Source: Octopus vulgaris (taxonomy: Eukaryota). Taken from it: DNA of 64,000 nucleotides. The stretch is taken from NCBI GenBank assembly GCA_951406725.2, contig OX597818.1:146320001-146384000 (forward strand), in the 5' to 3' direction. This document shows positions 40,765-53,566 of this stretch, piece after piece; the stretch's first letter is position 1; every line of letters begins with the position of its first letter. A program made the position numbers and the translations under genes. The notes beneath the pieces are model-generated. The model ran no database searches and was not told the origin of the DNA. It saw only the letters and a list, made by a program, of their open reading frames with translations.

Positions 40765-42400
40765 GGTGCGGCAGAAAGGCTGCCCAGATTTCAAAGTTTA
40801 ATAAAAAACAAAGCCTCTTACTTTTATTTTGAACTTTCATGTCTGACCAAGCTTCTCGCCTCAGTTAAGCACCTGGACAGTGCCAAGTTGGGCCAGTTTA
40901 CCATAAATCTAAAGGTGTCCTCAGGTAAGGAGTTCATCACTCTGCACAAATCTGTCTCCCATATGACCTCTACAGCCAACTGTGAAGGCCAGTCAGGGAC
41001 CTCAGTGCAGGATAGAATCCCTTCCCTACGGCCTTTCGTTTTAAACTTCTTAATGAAGCTTTCCAATGACCCTCCCTTATGGAAGAGGATCACAAATTTC
41101 TCATCCTTAGTTTGGGAAGGGCCTACAGTTTCTACATTCGGTGGCACAACTCCCACCGAAGGTGCTTCGGGACACGCCAGCAGTATGTCACAAACCGCCG
41201 TTTTTCTTTTTCTTTTTCTTTTTTCCTTGAGCCACGGGTGCATGGAGCTCTTCCGTTTTGTCCAAAAGATCTTCCTTCCATCCCGTAGCCTTCGGATCCT
41301 TCGTTGGGCAACCATTGTTGCCCACGTTTCTTGTTTTTCCTTTTTCGAGAAGGTCTCCACCTCTCCAACTGCCTCCTTCTCTCCCTCCAATGGGGGAGCA
41401 GGGAGTGGTATTTTTATTAACTGCTCCAGTACCTTGCTTTTGTCCTGAGGATAGTTCTTTTTAATGTGGCCTGGTTCCAGGCACAGGTGACACTTGGGAG
41501 GGGCGTCCCTCAAGCATCCTCGGGTGCCTAGAACCGGCCATTCTCAAAAAATCTGGGAATACCAGATTTTGGGCTGATTGGGTTCATAGGATCAAAACCG
41601 CTTTTGACCCCTCCCAATCAGCTGCAGGCAAGATTTTCACATTGAGGAGCTTGGCTCCGCTGCCACCCAGACCCCCGCGGTTAGTATCCTCTAACCACTC
41701 GGGTTCTATTCCGGGTGGCAAACCACAGACCCAAGCCCTCGTCAACTTCCTCCCACAATAAGTGGGAAAGAACAAAATTTCTCTGCCCTCAAAGGGCTGG
41801 GTCGCAAATTCGCGAGCCTCATCGAGGGAGCCAAATAGTAACCAGACCCCCGCGGTTAGTATCCTCTAACCACTCGGGTTCTATTCCGGGTGGCAAACCA
41901 CAGACCCAAGCCCTCGTCAACTTCCTCCCACAATAAGTGGGAAAGAACAAAATTTCTCTGCCCTCAAAGGGCTGGGTCGCAAATTCGCGAGCCTCATCGA
42001 GGGAGTCAAATAGTAACCAGACCGTTGCGCACTTGACCCCCCTAGAGATGTATTTGATAGTTAGCAGATAGTCCGCCAACTCTTTTTTGATCATATTTTT
42101 CTCAAATATGGCGATGGTGTCGAGCGACGTGGTGTAAGTCCTCAACACCACCGTCTTCTTTTCGAACTCCTTCAACCATTGTTTGGGTGGTACTATTTCC
42201 TACTCCACAATTTTGTCCATGTTGTTTGCCATGTTAAATTAAAAGTCTAAAAAACAGTTCACAAAAATTCAAACAAAGAAGAAAAAGAGAGAAATCAAAA
42301 AGAAAGTCTCAACAAAAAGGAAGAAAAAAATAAACAGTTCAATAAAAAAAGTTTCAAATAAAGGATAGAAGAAAAGAGCAACAGTTCAGAGAAACACAGA
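40765..42400 (-). mobile_element. Non-LTR retrotransposon ORF1 (gag-like, zinc knuckle) relic with no ORF2; ORF1 ~42232-40824, disrupted
   Basis: CHLCLEPGHIKKNY = CX2CX4HX4(C>Y) knuckle; RRM-like N-terminal region; in-frame stops; 175-bp internal duplication; T-rich 5' UTR. Confidence 0.7.
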
Positions 42401-43067
42401 GAACATTATTCCATAAGAAATACCATGTATGAATGTCTATACATGTAGGCCGTACATGAATGCTAGCACTTGCATGTGCCTGAACATTTTTCTAGCACTG
42501 TACTGCAGAATTTTACAGCAGGTTATCAGCAGGTTATCATAAAGAATTAACAGGGGACTATCAACTTTCTTCACTTCATAGTTCGCTAATATTGCTCCCA
42601 CATTACCTGATGCATGCAAATATTCCACTTCCATGAATATAAACATATATATACATACATATATGTACGTGCATGAGAGAGACTTCTACCTACACACCAC
42701 ACACAAACGCACACACACATATACACATACACACATACGTTACGCATAGATACACTCTTTTGAATGTGTTCAAGGAAAATAATAACCGATATGGATACGT
42801 CTGTATAAACTATTACGCCCACATAAGCAAAATACGCATGCGCAGATTGATCTATAAATGTGTTTAGGCTAATGTACGTTGAAGTGTTTGAATACCCTGG
42901 CGCATCAGTATACAAGTGTATATCTTCTATATTTCATAATTTACGACGGTGTTATGGACACGCTCGTAAACCGTGACAGATTTAAGATTTATAAGCGTTT
43001 ACGTCACAGTTAATCTGCGTGCACGTGTATGTATATGAACATATATATATATATATATATATATATT

Positions 43068-43098
<31 letters not shown>

Positions 43099-43291
43099 GT
43101 ATATATGTGTGTATGTGTATATATATGTATGTGTATGTATGTGTATGTATGAATGTATGATATATATATATAGTATTAATAAGATAGAAGATGGAATGTG
43201 TATTAGACTTTTATAAGTACAACAAATGTTTACTCATCATCTATCTATACATATTGCATAATTTTTCCATGATATATAAATATATATATAT

Positions 43292-43530
43292 CCTCTTATT
43301 TGTTGCAGCCATTTGATTGCGGCCAAGCTGGAGCACCGCCTTTAGTCGAGAAAATTGTCCCCAGGACTTATTCTTTGTAAGCCTAGTAGTTATTCTATCG
43401 GTCTGTTTTGCCGAACCGCTAAGTTACGGGGACGTAAACACACCAGCATCGATTGTCAAGCGATGCCGGGCGTTTCAAACACAGACACACAAACAAACAC
43501 ACACACACATACATACCTACACACATACGG
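43292..43530 (-). mobile_element. SINE family A 3' half
   Basis: Homology to 16210-16420. Confidence 0.8.
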
Positions 43531-43547
43531 AATGATGTATGTTGTGG

Positions 43548-44025
43548 CTAAGTAACAGTAACATTCGTCCCAACCGGGACTACCATATTATGTTGGCAAA
43601 TAATCTTTCCTTTAGAGTAATGTTTCTGAATGTCTCTCGTTGAGAGATTTAGAAATAATACTGTTTCTATTTATTAGATCAATGCCTGTGTGTCCATGTG
43701 AAAATGATATATATTTTCGAACAGGAATTTAGCAGCGCCTGTCAAGCCAAGCAGTTATTCTGTGCTGAGGATGTGACATAACCCACAAACCGCGGTCCAA
43801 AGATATTACTTTACGCTGAATAGGGATGCTAAACTCCCTTGTTCGAAAATATAAGGACACAAATAGTGTATGGAATAACCAGCTGGAGACGATGTTTCCT
43901 GGGACTAAATAACAGTAACAATCGTCCCAACTGGGTCTGCCATATTATGTTGGCAAGTAATCCTTACTTTAGAGTACTGTTTCTGAGCGTCTATCGCTGA
44001 GAGATTTAGAAATAATAATGTTTAT
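43548..44025 (+). mobile_element. 357-bp partial tandem repeat containing an HHR (retrozyme/pLTR-like)
   Basis: 43548-43670 repeated at 43905-44025; HHR at 43759-43803. Confidence 0.7.
43759..43803 (+). ncRNA. Type I hammerhead lacking the G of GAAA
   Basis: TCTGTG-CTGAGGA-T-GTG-acataacc-CAC-AAAC-CGCG-GT-C-CAAAGA. Confidence 0.7.
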
Positions 44026-44406
44026 ATATATATATATATATATATCTAATATAGGATAAAATTTTCGAAAAAATGTTATCAGTGGCCAGCATATTAAAAA
44101 ATACCTTTAAAGGTTAAATTTATAAACAATTTACAAACAAGGGCAAAAGAAAAAAATTCCAATGCCAAATATATTGAAATTAGACTTAAATTGTCAAAAT
44201 CCACATAAAATTCTTCACTATAAGCACACGTCTTTTGCCCTTGTTTATAAGTTGTATATATATATATATATATATATACTTATGCACATGTGTGCAGTAT
44301 ACTATCAACAAATAAATCCTATGGTTGTTTTAACTTGCTGTGAACTCTATGTTATAGTACCCAACCATCCCTGGTTTCCTACTTGCAGATATGATTATAT
44401 ACATAA

Positions 44407-44473
<67 letters not shown>

Positions 44474-44679
44474 TATGTATGTATGTATGTATGTATATAT
44501 GAATCATATATATATATGCCTATATGAATCAACAAGTATACGTATGTATGAAGAAAAAACTTTATTTCCTAATCAGCGAACGTTAAAAGTTGTAAGAATT
44601 TTCTTTAAATATGCAGTTATTCATAATCATGAAATTAAATTCTTCGGGGCGAATATGTGTTTGCGGATATGCGTGTCTG

Positions 44680-44718
<39 letters not shown>

Positions 44719-45050
44719 GTGTGTGTGCTGTGTGTATGCGTGCATGTATGTTTGTGTATGTGCGTGCGTGTATGTTTGTGTAGTTGACAAATATTCAATT
44801 TACATATGTATAAATTTGCATCCCATTTGGTATTCTGCGTGACACGTCGCTCTTCTAACATGTGCATTTGATAACGTAATATAATGTAATATATTTCCAT
44901 CTGTTCAGATATAAATCAGAACAGATTTACTGATTGGACTTGAAACGCTGCAGGGAGATCAATTTACGGAACTTGACATAGACATCATTATTATATCCGT
45001 GTGGACGATATTGAGTTCCAGTAATATACATGCTAATATGTCTCTCTCTT

Positions 45051-45102
<52 letters not shown>

Positions 45103-45594
45103 TGTATGTATGTATGTATGTATGTATGTATGTATGTATGTATGTGTGTGTGTGTGTATGTATACACCTATCTATTTATTTCTTTGTATGTATGCATGCA
45201 TCTTTCAATCTCTCTCTATATACATACATACATACATACATACATGTAAGAGGGATGACCACCAGGTGGACATCCAATATACTAAATGTAGACCCCCATA
45301 TGGTCTGACCACCAACAAAAAATTATTCTCAAGAAAATTTGGCAAACGCCAGAACGTAAGCGTGCAAGACAAACGTAAAGATACAAAATATAATGATTAG
45401 TAACATACCAGATTTCATTGTTACCAATTACATATTCACATTCGTAAATGTCCGCAATTCAATTGTGCAACCATCATAGAAAATATAAACGAAGACATTT
45501 GAAATATACCCCCAAATATATTTGACAGAACTGTATGCATCTTCTCTTTCGTGTTGACGTTTCGTGTACAATTCTGCAAAGTATATTTTCTATG

Positions 45595-45760
45595 ATTAAT
45601 ATGGTGTGTAACACCACCACCAGTGGCCAAGTTGTCACTCATCTGTCTCGGTTTATGACTACGAAGATGACTCTTGAGTCCAGCTTTACTGAGGCAGGGT
45701 CTTGCACAGACACTGCATGTCAGCATCATAGGAAGACCCTTCCCATCTGGAAGTGTAACA
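45595..45760 (-). pseudogene. RTE-type LINE ORF2 C-terminal C2H2 zinc finger / 3' end
   Basis: LTCSVCARPCLSKAGLKSHLRSH. Confidence 0.65.
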
Positions 45761-45803
45761 GCGAAAGATCGAAGTGTAAGATCGAAAGTGCGTGAAACTC
45801 GAG

Positions 45804-45856
<53 letters not shown>

Positions 45857-45861
<5 letters not shown>

Positions 45862-46612
45862 GTAAAAAAATACAAACTGGGACAAGAACGCAAAACATTT
45901 AGAAGACGGTACAAAAAACACGGACGGGACATTCGAAGCCTTCAATCTTCAGTCAAGAACCGGATCATCCTCGCAATTTCGGCTGATTAATCTTGAGATT
46001 GCTCCGATCGGGCCAGCCCCAAAGGAAAATCTAAGCCAAGCGCATTAGATTCCTTCGAAGAAAGCCTCGAATGTACACAAAACAAGGACGGAAAAACGGA
46101 CGATGTTACACGAATAACAATACAAAAATACGTAAAAACAGTAATGATAATAATGATAACAAAAACAGACGTCACAGACCGGCGTCTTTCGACAGGACGA
46201 GTAAACTTTGAGCTGGCGTGTTAGAAAAATGCCTTAGGGCAGAGAGATAAAAAATGTGTCTTGCCGAGACGACTGCTGAGAACGAAAGGCCGGCAATCGG
46301 TCGGTCAGTCACGTGCGAGGAGAAGAGAGAGGAAAAGAGGGACAGATGAAGAGAGAAAAAAGGGGAACAAGGAAAAAAGGAGGAGGAGAGAGAGAGAGAG
46401 AGCGAGAAAGAGTACAGATCAAAGTGGAGTGCAAAGTGTGAAAGGCAGAGAAATGTAGGAGAGGGGGAGAGAGACAGTGTTATAGAGTCGTTCCAAGTTT
46501 AAAGAAATATGTACTTACAAAAGGGTACGGGCCTCGCTATATATATATGTATATGTAAAAAAATACAAACTGGGACAAGAACGCAGAACATTTAGAAGAC
46601 GATACAAAAAAC
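45857..46612 (-). mobile_element. Non-coding element with ~60-bp terminal direct repeat (pLTR-like)
   Basis: TATGTAAAAAAATACAAACTGGGACAAGAACGC..ACAAAAAAC at 45859-45919 and 46552-46612; TA flanks. Confidence 0.55.
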
Positions 46613-46643
<31 letters not shown>

Positions 46644-46680
46644 TATATATATAGCTTTTTATTGAAACCATAAGTTTTTC

Positions 46681-46723
46681 TTTCGGAACTCGAGTTTCAC
46701 GCACTTTCGATCTTCCGGCGAAA
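46681..46723 (-). ncRNA. Decayed type I hammerhead
   Basis: TTTCGC-CGGAAGA-tcgaaagtgcgt-GAA-AC-TCGA-GT-T-CCGAAA; partial inverted copy at 45777-45804. Confidence 0.55.
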
Positions 46724-47540
46724 CTATTGTAATTCGGTAATAGTGGTGAATATATATCCATTTTTGTGAGTTTGTGTTTACTAATTTGTTAACCTCTTCC
46801 TTGTTTTTAAATAGTTGCATGTGTGATTTCTGTAGCGGTGTGTATTTCTTGCAATTGTATTTTAACGTGAGCAAATTTTATGTCACAGCTTATAGATGTG
46901 TAGGATTTCATATTTCTTTAATACAGGCAATTCAGGGCTTAAGATAATTCGAGGATTTAAGATACACTTGATAATGTCTCAGTTCCTTTTTTTCATATCC
47001 TGTACTATCAAGATTTCATATATCGTATATGAAGGTATTTAATATCTGAAATCAGCATTCACGTACAAGAATGAAGCAAGTAATACGGTCGATAGAGATA
47101 GATGATACAATAGCTATCTAAAATTGATACTTTTCGTTAGCCAACTCGTTTCTTGTTTGTTCTCTATGAAATTTCTCAATGGACAAAATAAATGATAGCA
47201 ATAATGATATACAGATCAACATAAAGTTAAAGTACAACATAATCAAAATTGGCTGAACAACTTTCGTAGTAGACACACCAGAATGTTTTCAAAGAAAAAT
47301 AATGATAAAACATGATTGGGAAGAGAGCTGTGTCGTTCGTCAATTCCAATCAGTGTTCTTTTTCAGTTTGAGGACGTTACATCATTTTTCAAACTTTGAA
47401 GTTAAGAAATATAAAGCTGAATATTCATTTCGCAAATAGAGCGAAATTTTAATGTCGAGAAATCACAATGTAAATAAACATTAATGTCTTGAATGTTTTG
47501 TGTATTTTTATTGATGTTGCATTAAAAAGAAGAAAACGGC

Positions 47541-47586
<46 letters not shown>

Positions 47587-48199
47587 TGTAATTGTAAATC
47601 GCTTGTTGAATCTAGACCAATAAATAATTGTTTAGAAAGACCTTTAAAAAGGCGTAAATCAAATAGATTGATGCAGATATTATGAAATCAAGTTGTTCAA
47701 AGTGTAAAAAAACGCAATAAAAACATGGCTATAATCAATAAAGTAGAGCAACAACCATTGTCCATTTTAGTACATAACAATCAGAGGAATAAGGAAAAAA
47801 TACCATAGAAAATGAATGCACTTAGGAAGCGTGTAAGAAAATTTTAAAAAATTAAATAGAAAACGAAAGACAATGTCTAGGAAAACTGAAATTGAAATAT
47901 ATTTAAATTGACATTAAAATCATTACAATATCTTGACAAAAACATTGTATGAGATGACAAGAAACTGGAAATAAAAAAAAATTTTGCCTTGAGTTAAATA
48001 CAAAAAGAAATGCACGTGATATCGGAATGAATAAAATATGATGATACATTTAAGCAAGATGTCAGACAAAGACAGAAGACAAATGAAGAGAAGACAATAT
48101 GGAACGGCGTGGCATATAGTAGTAAACTCTGAAAACATCGAGTCCTCAAAGTTGGTTCGATTCCAGGTTTTGCTATTTTAATTCATTTCTTTCATATGT

Positions 48200-48434
48200 A
48201 TTTATTTCTTTACTACCCACAAGGGGATAAACACAGAGGGGACAAACAAGGATAGACAAAGGGATTAAGTCGATTATATCGACCCCAGTGCGTAACTGGT
48301 ACTTAATTTATCAACCCCGAAAGGATGAAAGGCACAGTCGACCTCGGCGGAATTTGAACTCGGAACGTAACGACAGACGAAATACGGCTACGCATTTCGC
48401 CCGGCGCGCTAACGTTTCTGCCAGCTCGCCGCCC
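48200..48434 (-). mobile_element. Full-length SINE family B (Nin/Deu-like domain)
   Basis: GGCGGCGAGCTGGCAGAA head, GAGTTCAAATTCC B box, GCCTTTCATCCTTTCGGGGTTGATAAATTAAGTACCAG; TTTCTTTCATATGTATTT on both flanks (likely TSD). Confidence 0.85.
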
Positions 48435-48994
48435 TTTTCTTTCATATGTATTTTTAACCACAGTCAGTTGCTTGCAAGTATATAGGCTCTACCAAACAAA
48501 CCGGGGAAAATTACATAGCACTTTAAATAAGAGGGAATTTGAAGTAGTGGTTCTAATTCCATAAAGATTACAGGACAATTCAATATGTAAAATCTTCATT
48601 CTCTCCTCAATAAAGGAAACAAACAAGGCGCTTTTAATACAATATCAAACAGGCTGTTGTTGTTTATCTCTTTAGTCATAACTAAGCAGGTTTGTGACCG
48701 ACAGCATTCCGCCCATGGCTGTCCTATGCTATCCTATCTTTTTAGGACTCTTTAAGGCAACCTTATTCAATGTGTCTTTTCCTATTATGGAGTAGAATGG
48801 GATTTCATGGAGATTAGGAAGCTATTTCTAGCACATCGAGTAACGCGTACATACTCCTTTGCATGCATGTTAGATTTTATATAATAGTTTTGTTTCTTCC
48901 TTTGTGACATCTGGATATCGTCATGCCACTTGTTGTAACACCCTGGAAACGGTTGTCAATTGTAATGCGAACGATACTACTTCATACTATTATA

Positions 48995-49315
48995 CTTCTT
49001 TTGAGACCGTGGGATTGCACCTAGAAAGTTACCCTCCTAGGCACATATCCGGGCAAGGTTGTTTATGGAAGACCAGCAGTCGCCCATGCATACTGGGCCT
49101 CCCCTCTCCACGCCACAAGTGTTATCCAAGGGACAGGCAACAGCAGATACAGCTTGGCACCAGTGACGTCGCAACTCATTTCTACATCTGAGTGAACTGG
49201 AGCAACGTGAAATAAAGTGTCTTACTCAAGAACACAACACGCAGCCCGGTCCGGGATTTGAACTCACAACCTCGCGATCGTAAGCTCGACGCTCTAACCA
49301 CTGAGCCATGCACCT
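48995..49315 (-). mobile_element. SINE family D head with a third body type
   Basis: 49185-49315 matches 37770-37893; the remainder differs. Confidence 0.75.
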
Positions 49316-49888
49316 TTACACTATTATACTACTATCTATTAATTGCACTATGAATTATAGTACTGTATTTAGAGAACTGAAATTGGCAACTTACAGTTGA
49401 ATATTTTGTTCATGGATATAAAGCAAGTGACTTGTACAAAACTGTTGGTCGTTAATAACTTTTCAACATTTTTTGTTGGAATATATTTGTATGTATGTTT
49501 CTGCTATGTTTAATTTTTTATTTCTTCCATTAAAACAGGGATTGGTTTCTAATTGGGAAGCGCGTATCCATAATTGAAATTTAGATGTGACCATTAAAAT
49601 TTTTTTTTAATTTACATAATACTAATCAGAAGATTCTTTGTGTCAAAACCACAGATTTTCTAGATTGTTATTTAAACACTTAACCAAGTATTCTAATGAA
49701 TACGTGTGTTAATTTGAAAGAAGTACAGAGAAGTTCTGCGTTTCGAAGCTGTTGGCTATAAAGGATGTCTTTATCGCTAATTCTGAATGAAACGTTTCCA
49801 TCCGCCTTGAAATTAAACACCACAGTAATATAGTCTTTTATTTCCTGTCCCTCGTCTAACAAGGCAGTTGTCTAAACATGCTAAGCAT

Positions 49889-49951
<63 letters not shown>

Positions 49952-50204
49952 AATATGGGTACAAATTGATATTAATCAATTAAAACCAGTGGCCCAGCAT
50001 ATTAAAAAAATCCGAAGATTAAAGTATTTTTACATACAAAATTTAAAGGACTGCCCACTAAAAGTGGACGGTCAACATGCTAGATATAGACGTCAAATCG
50101 CTATTTTCCACAAAGAATGTGTTCTCAAATAAAAATCTCAGTACAAACCAAAGCATTAAAAATAAGCAAGACAAATGAAAATATACGAAATAAAAATGAT
50201 TACC

Positions 50205-50269
50205 TATGTACCGATCAGTTTCGATTGTTAATATCCACGCACATGGATACTTGCAATCTCGTCAGCATA
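50205..50269 (-). ncRNA. Canonical type I hammerhead (GUA site)
   Basis: TATG-CTGACGA-GATTG-[hairpin]-CAATC-GAA-AC-TGATCG-GT-A-CATA. Confidence 0.9.
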
Positions 50270-50670
50270 CTCTGTCATATAGAAATACAATTTACAGGAC
50301 TAGATGCAAAAACGCTTGACCGGAGTCTCGCATGCATAAAGTCCAACCGATTATATTTTTGTGTCCTTTAAATTTTGTATGTAAAAATATTTTAATCTTC
50401 GGATTTTTTTAATATGCTGGGCCACTGGTTTTAATTGATTAATATCAATTTCTACCCTTATTAAATTTTAAATTAATAAAAAATGTTCTCTAGCCTTTGA
50501 ATTGACTGCTGCTACTTATTAGCTGCAGGGTAGTTTTCCGATCTCAGCGCCCCAAAGTGAAGGCATAAGAAAGATACACAAAAATATAATCGGTTGGACT
50601 TTATGCATGCGAGACTCCGGTCAAACGTTTTTGCATCTAGTCCGGCAAATTGTATTTCTATATGACAGAG

Positions 50671-50735
50671 TATTCTGACGAGATTGCAGGTATCCATGTG
50701 CGTGGATATTAACAATCGAAACTGATCGGTACATA
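50671..50735 (+). ncRNA. Type I hammerhead, inverted twin with stem I closing mismatch
   Basis: TATT-CTGACGA-GATTG...CAATC-GAA-AC-TGATCG-GT-A-CATA. Confidence 0.85.
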
Positions 50736-51056
50736 GGTAATCATTTTTATTTCGTATATTTTCATTTGTCTTGCTTAGTTTTAATGCTTTGGTTTGTACT
50801 GAGATTTTTATTTGAGAACATATTCTTTGTGGAAAATAGCGATTTGACGTCTATATCTAGCATGTTGACCGTCCACTTTTAGTGGTCAGTCCCTTAAATT
50901 TTGTATATATATATATATAGATATAGATATATATTGGCCTGCTCACTTAGCCAGCAGGGTGGCGTCATTTGAAGGCTAAAACAATGCGAAGCGCATTGTG
51001 ACCAGCGATGTGCAGCCACATCTGATAGCCTGGTCGGTCACGGTGATCACGGTGAT

Positions 51057-51104
<48 letters not shown>

Positions 51105-51499
51105 CTGTCGCAGAGTAATTCGTCAAGCGGATGATTAATATTAAAAAAATTGTTTTTGAGTTGTCGTCCCAAATACGAATATAGTACTTGACGACATTTT
51201 GACACGAGCCGATTAAAAATGTAATGTATTCAATGGACATGTGGTAACATCGTAACTTTTGCTTGCAGTCAGAGAATTTAGGCTTCACTCTCTCTTTTGA
51301 CCAACAAGTATTTAGTAGCTGTCTTTTTTACTGGGATTCCAAAAACCACAACTTCGAAATGCTAAGTGGTATAACGGTGAGGAATCCAATAGATGCCACA
51401 TGTCCAATTAATATCAGTGCAATTCTGAAGTTTCTGGAAACCATTGTAATAAAGATGTGGGTAAATAGATAGATAGACAAATACGCAGGCAGGGAGGCA

Positions 51500-53372
51500 G
51501 GTAGGTAGGTAGGTAGGTAGGTAGGTAGGTAGGTAGGTAGGTAGGTAGGTTGGTAGGTAGGTAAGTAGGTAGGTTGGTAGGTAGGTTGGTAGGTAGGTAA
51601 GTAGGTAGGTTGGTAGGTAGGTAAGTAGGTAGGTAGGTAGGTATGTAGGTAGAAGGTAGGTAGGTTGGTAGGTAGGTAAGTAGGTAGGTAGGTAGGTAGG
51701 TTGGTAGGTAGGTAAGTAGGTAGGTTGGTAGGTAGGTATGTAGGTAAGTAGGTAGGTAGGTAGGTAGGTAGGTAGGTAGGTTGGTAGGTACGTAAGTAGG
51801 TAGGTTGGTAGGTAGGTAAGTAGGAAGGTTGGTAGGTAGGTAAGTAGGTAGGTAGGTAGGTAAGTAGGTAGGTAGGTAGGTAGGTAGGTAGGTAGGTATG
51901 TATGTAGGTAGGTAGGTAGGTAGGTAGGTTGGTAGGTAGGTAAGTAGGTAGGTAGGTAGGTAGGTAGGTAGGTAAGTAGGTAGGTAGGTAGGTAGGTTGG
52001 TAGGTAGGTAAGTAGGTAGGTAGGTATGTAGGTAGGTAGGTAGGTGGGTAGGTAAGTAGGTAGGTAGGTAGGTAGGTAGGTAGGTAGGTATGTATGTAGG
52101 TAGGTAGGTAGGTAGGTAGGTTGGTAGGTAGGTAAGTAGGTAGGTAGGTAGGTAGGTAGGTAGGTAGGTAAGTAGGTAGGTAGGTAGGTAGGTTGGTAGG
52201 TAGGTAAGTAGGTAGGTAGGTAGGTATGTAGGTAGGTAGGTAGGTGGGTAGGTAAGTAGGTAGGTAGGTAGGTAGGTAGGTTGGTAGGTAGGTAAGTAGG
52301 TAGGTAGGTAGATAGGTAGGTAGGTTGGTAGGTAGGTAAGTAGGTAGGTAGGTAGGTTGGTAGGTAGGTAAGTAGGTAGGTAGGTAGGTAGGTAGGTAGG
52401 TATGTATGTAGGTAGGTAGGTAGGTAGGTAGGTAGGTAGGTAGGTAGGTAGGTAGGTAGGTAGGTAGGTTGGTAGGTAGGTAAGTAGGTAGGTAGGTTGG
52501 TAGGTAGGTAAGTAGGTAGGTAGGTTGGTAGGTAGGTAAGTAGGTAGGTAGGTAGGTAGGTAGGTTGGTAGGTAGGTAAGTAGGTAGGTAGGTTGGTAGG
52601 TAGGTAAGTAGGTAGGTAGGTAGGTAGGTAGGTAGGTATGTAGGTAGGTAGGTAGGTTGGTAGGTAGGTAAGTAGGTAGGTATGTAGGTAGGTTGGTAGG
52701 TAGGTAAGTAGGTAGGTAGGTAGGTAGGTAGGTAAGTAGGTAGGTAGGTAGGTAGGTAGGTAGGTAAGTAGGTAGGTAGGTAGGTAGGTAGGTTGGTAGG
52801 TAGGTAGGTAGGTAGGTTGGTAGGTAGGTAAGTAGGTAGGTAGGTAGGTAGGTAGGTAGGTTGGTAGGTAGATAAGTAGGTAGGTAGGTAGGTAGGTAGG
52901 TTGGTAGGTAGGTAAGTAGGTAGGTAGGTAGGTAGGTAGGTATGTAGGTAGGTAAGTAGGTAGGTAGGTAGGTAGGTAGGTAGGTAGGTAGGTAAGTAGG
53001 TAGGTAGGTAGGTAGGTAGGTAGGTTGGTAGGTAGGTAGGTAGGTAGGTAGGTAGGTAGGTTGGTAGGTAGGTAGGTAGGTAGGTAGGTAAGTAGGTAGG
53101 TAGGTAGGTTGGTAGGTAGGTAGGTAGGTAGGTAGGTAGGTATGTATGTAGGTAGGTAGGTAGGTAGGTAGGTAAGTAGGTAGGTAGGTAGGTAGGTAGG
53201 TTGGTAGGTATGTAGGTAGGTAGGTAGGTAGGTAGGTAGGTAGGTAGGTTGGTAGGTAGGTAAGTAGGTAGGTAGGTAGGTAGGTTGGTAGGTAGGTAAG
53301 TAGGTAGGTAGGTAGGTATGTAGGTAGGTAGGTAGGTAGGTATGTAGGTAGGTAGGTAGGTAGGTAGGTAGG
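51500..53372. repeat. ~1.9-kb (TAGG)n array with patterned variants
   Basis: Direct reading; recurring TTGG-TAGG-TAGG-TAAG cassette. Confidence 0.97.
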
Positions 53373-53566
53373 AAGGAAAGGAGGGAGAGAGGACGAGAGG
53401 TGGGCAGGTATGTGGATTTTTAAGTTTCAATTCCAAACAAAGAAAAAACAAGAGAAACGTGATACAGACCAACAGGGAGTTTCTTTGTGACTGTTTGATG
53501 TGCTAGAAATAACTGGTACATCAGCCCTATATGACACTCCAGTGATTAAAAAATTAGGACACATAT

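Larger units (their letters stand above)
49947..50907. mobile_element. Young nested fold-back element with two hammerheads
   Basis: 49947-50051 inverted at 50363-50467; 50035-50364 inverted at 50577-50907; few mismatches; TA flanks. Confidence 0.9.

Noticed and set aside
51328-53472. 714-aa ORF rich in LPTY repeats
   Set aside because: Translation of the (CCTA)n array; stop-free by composition
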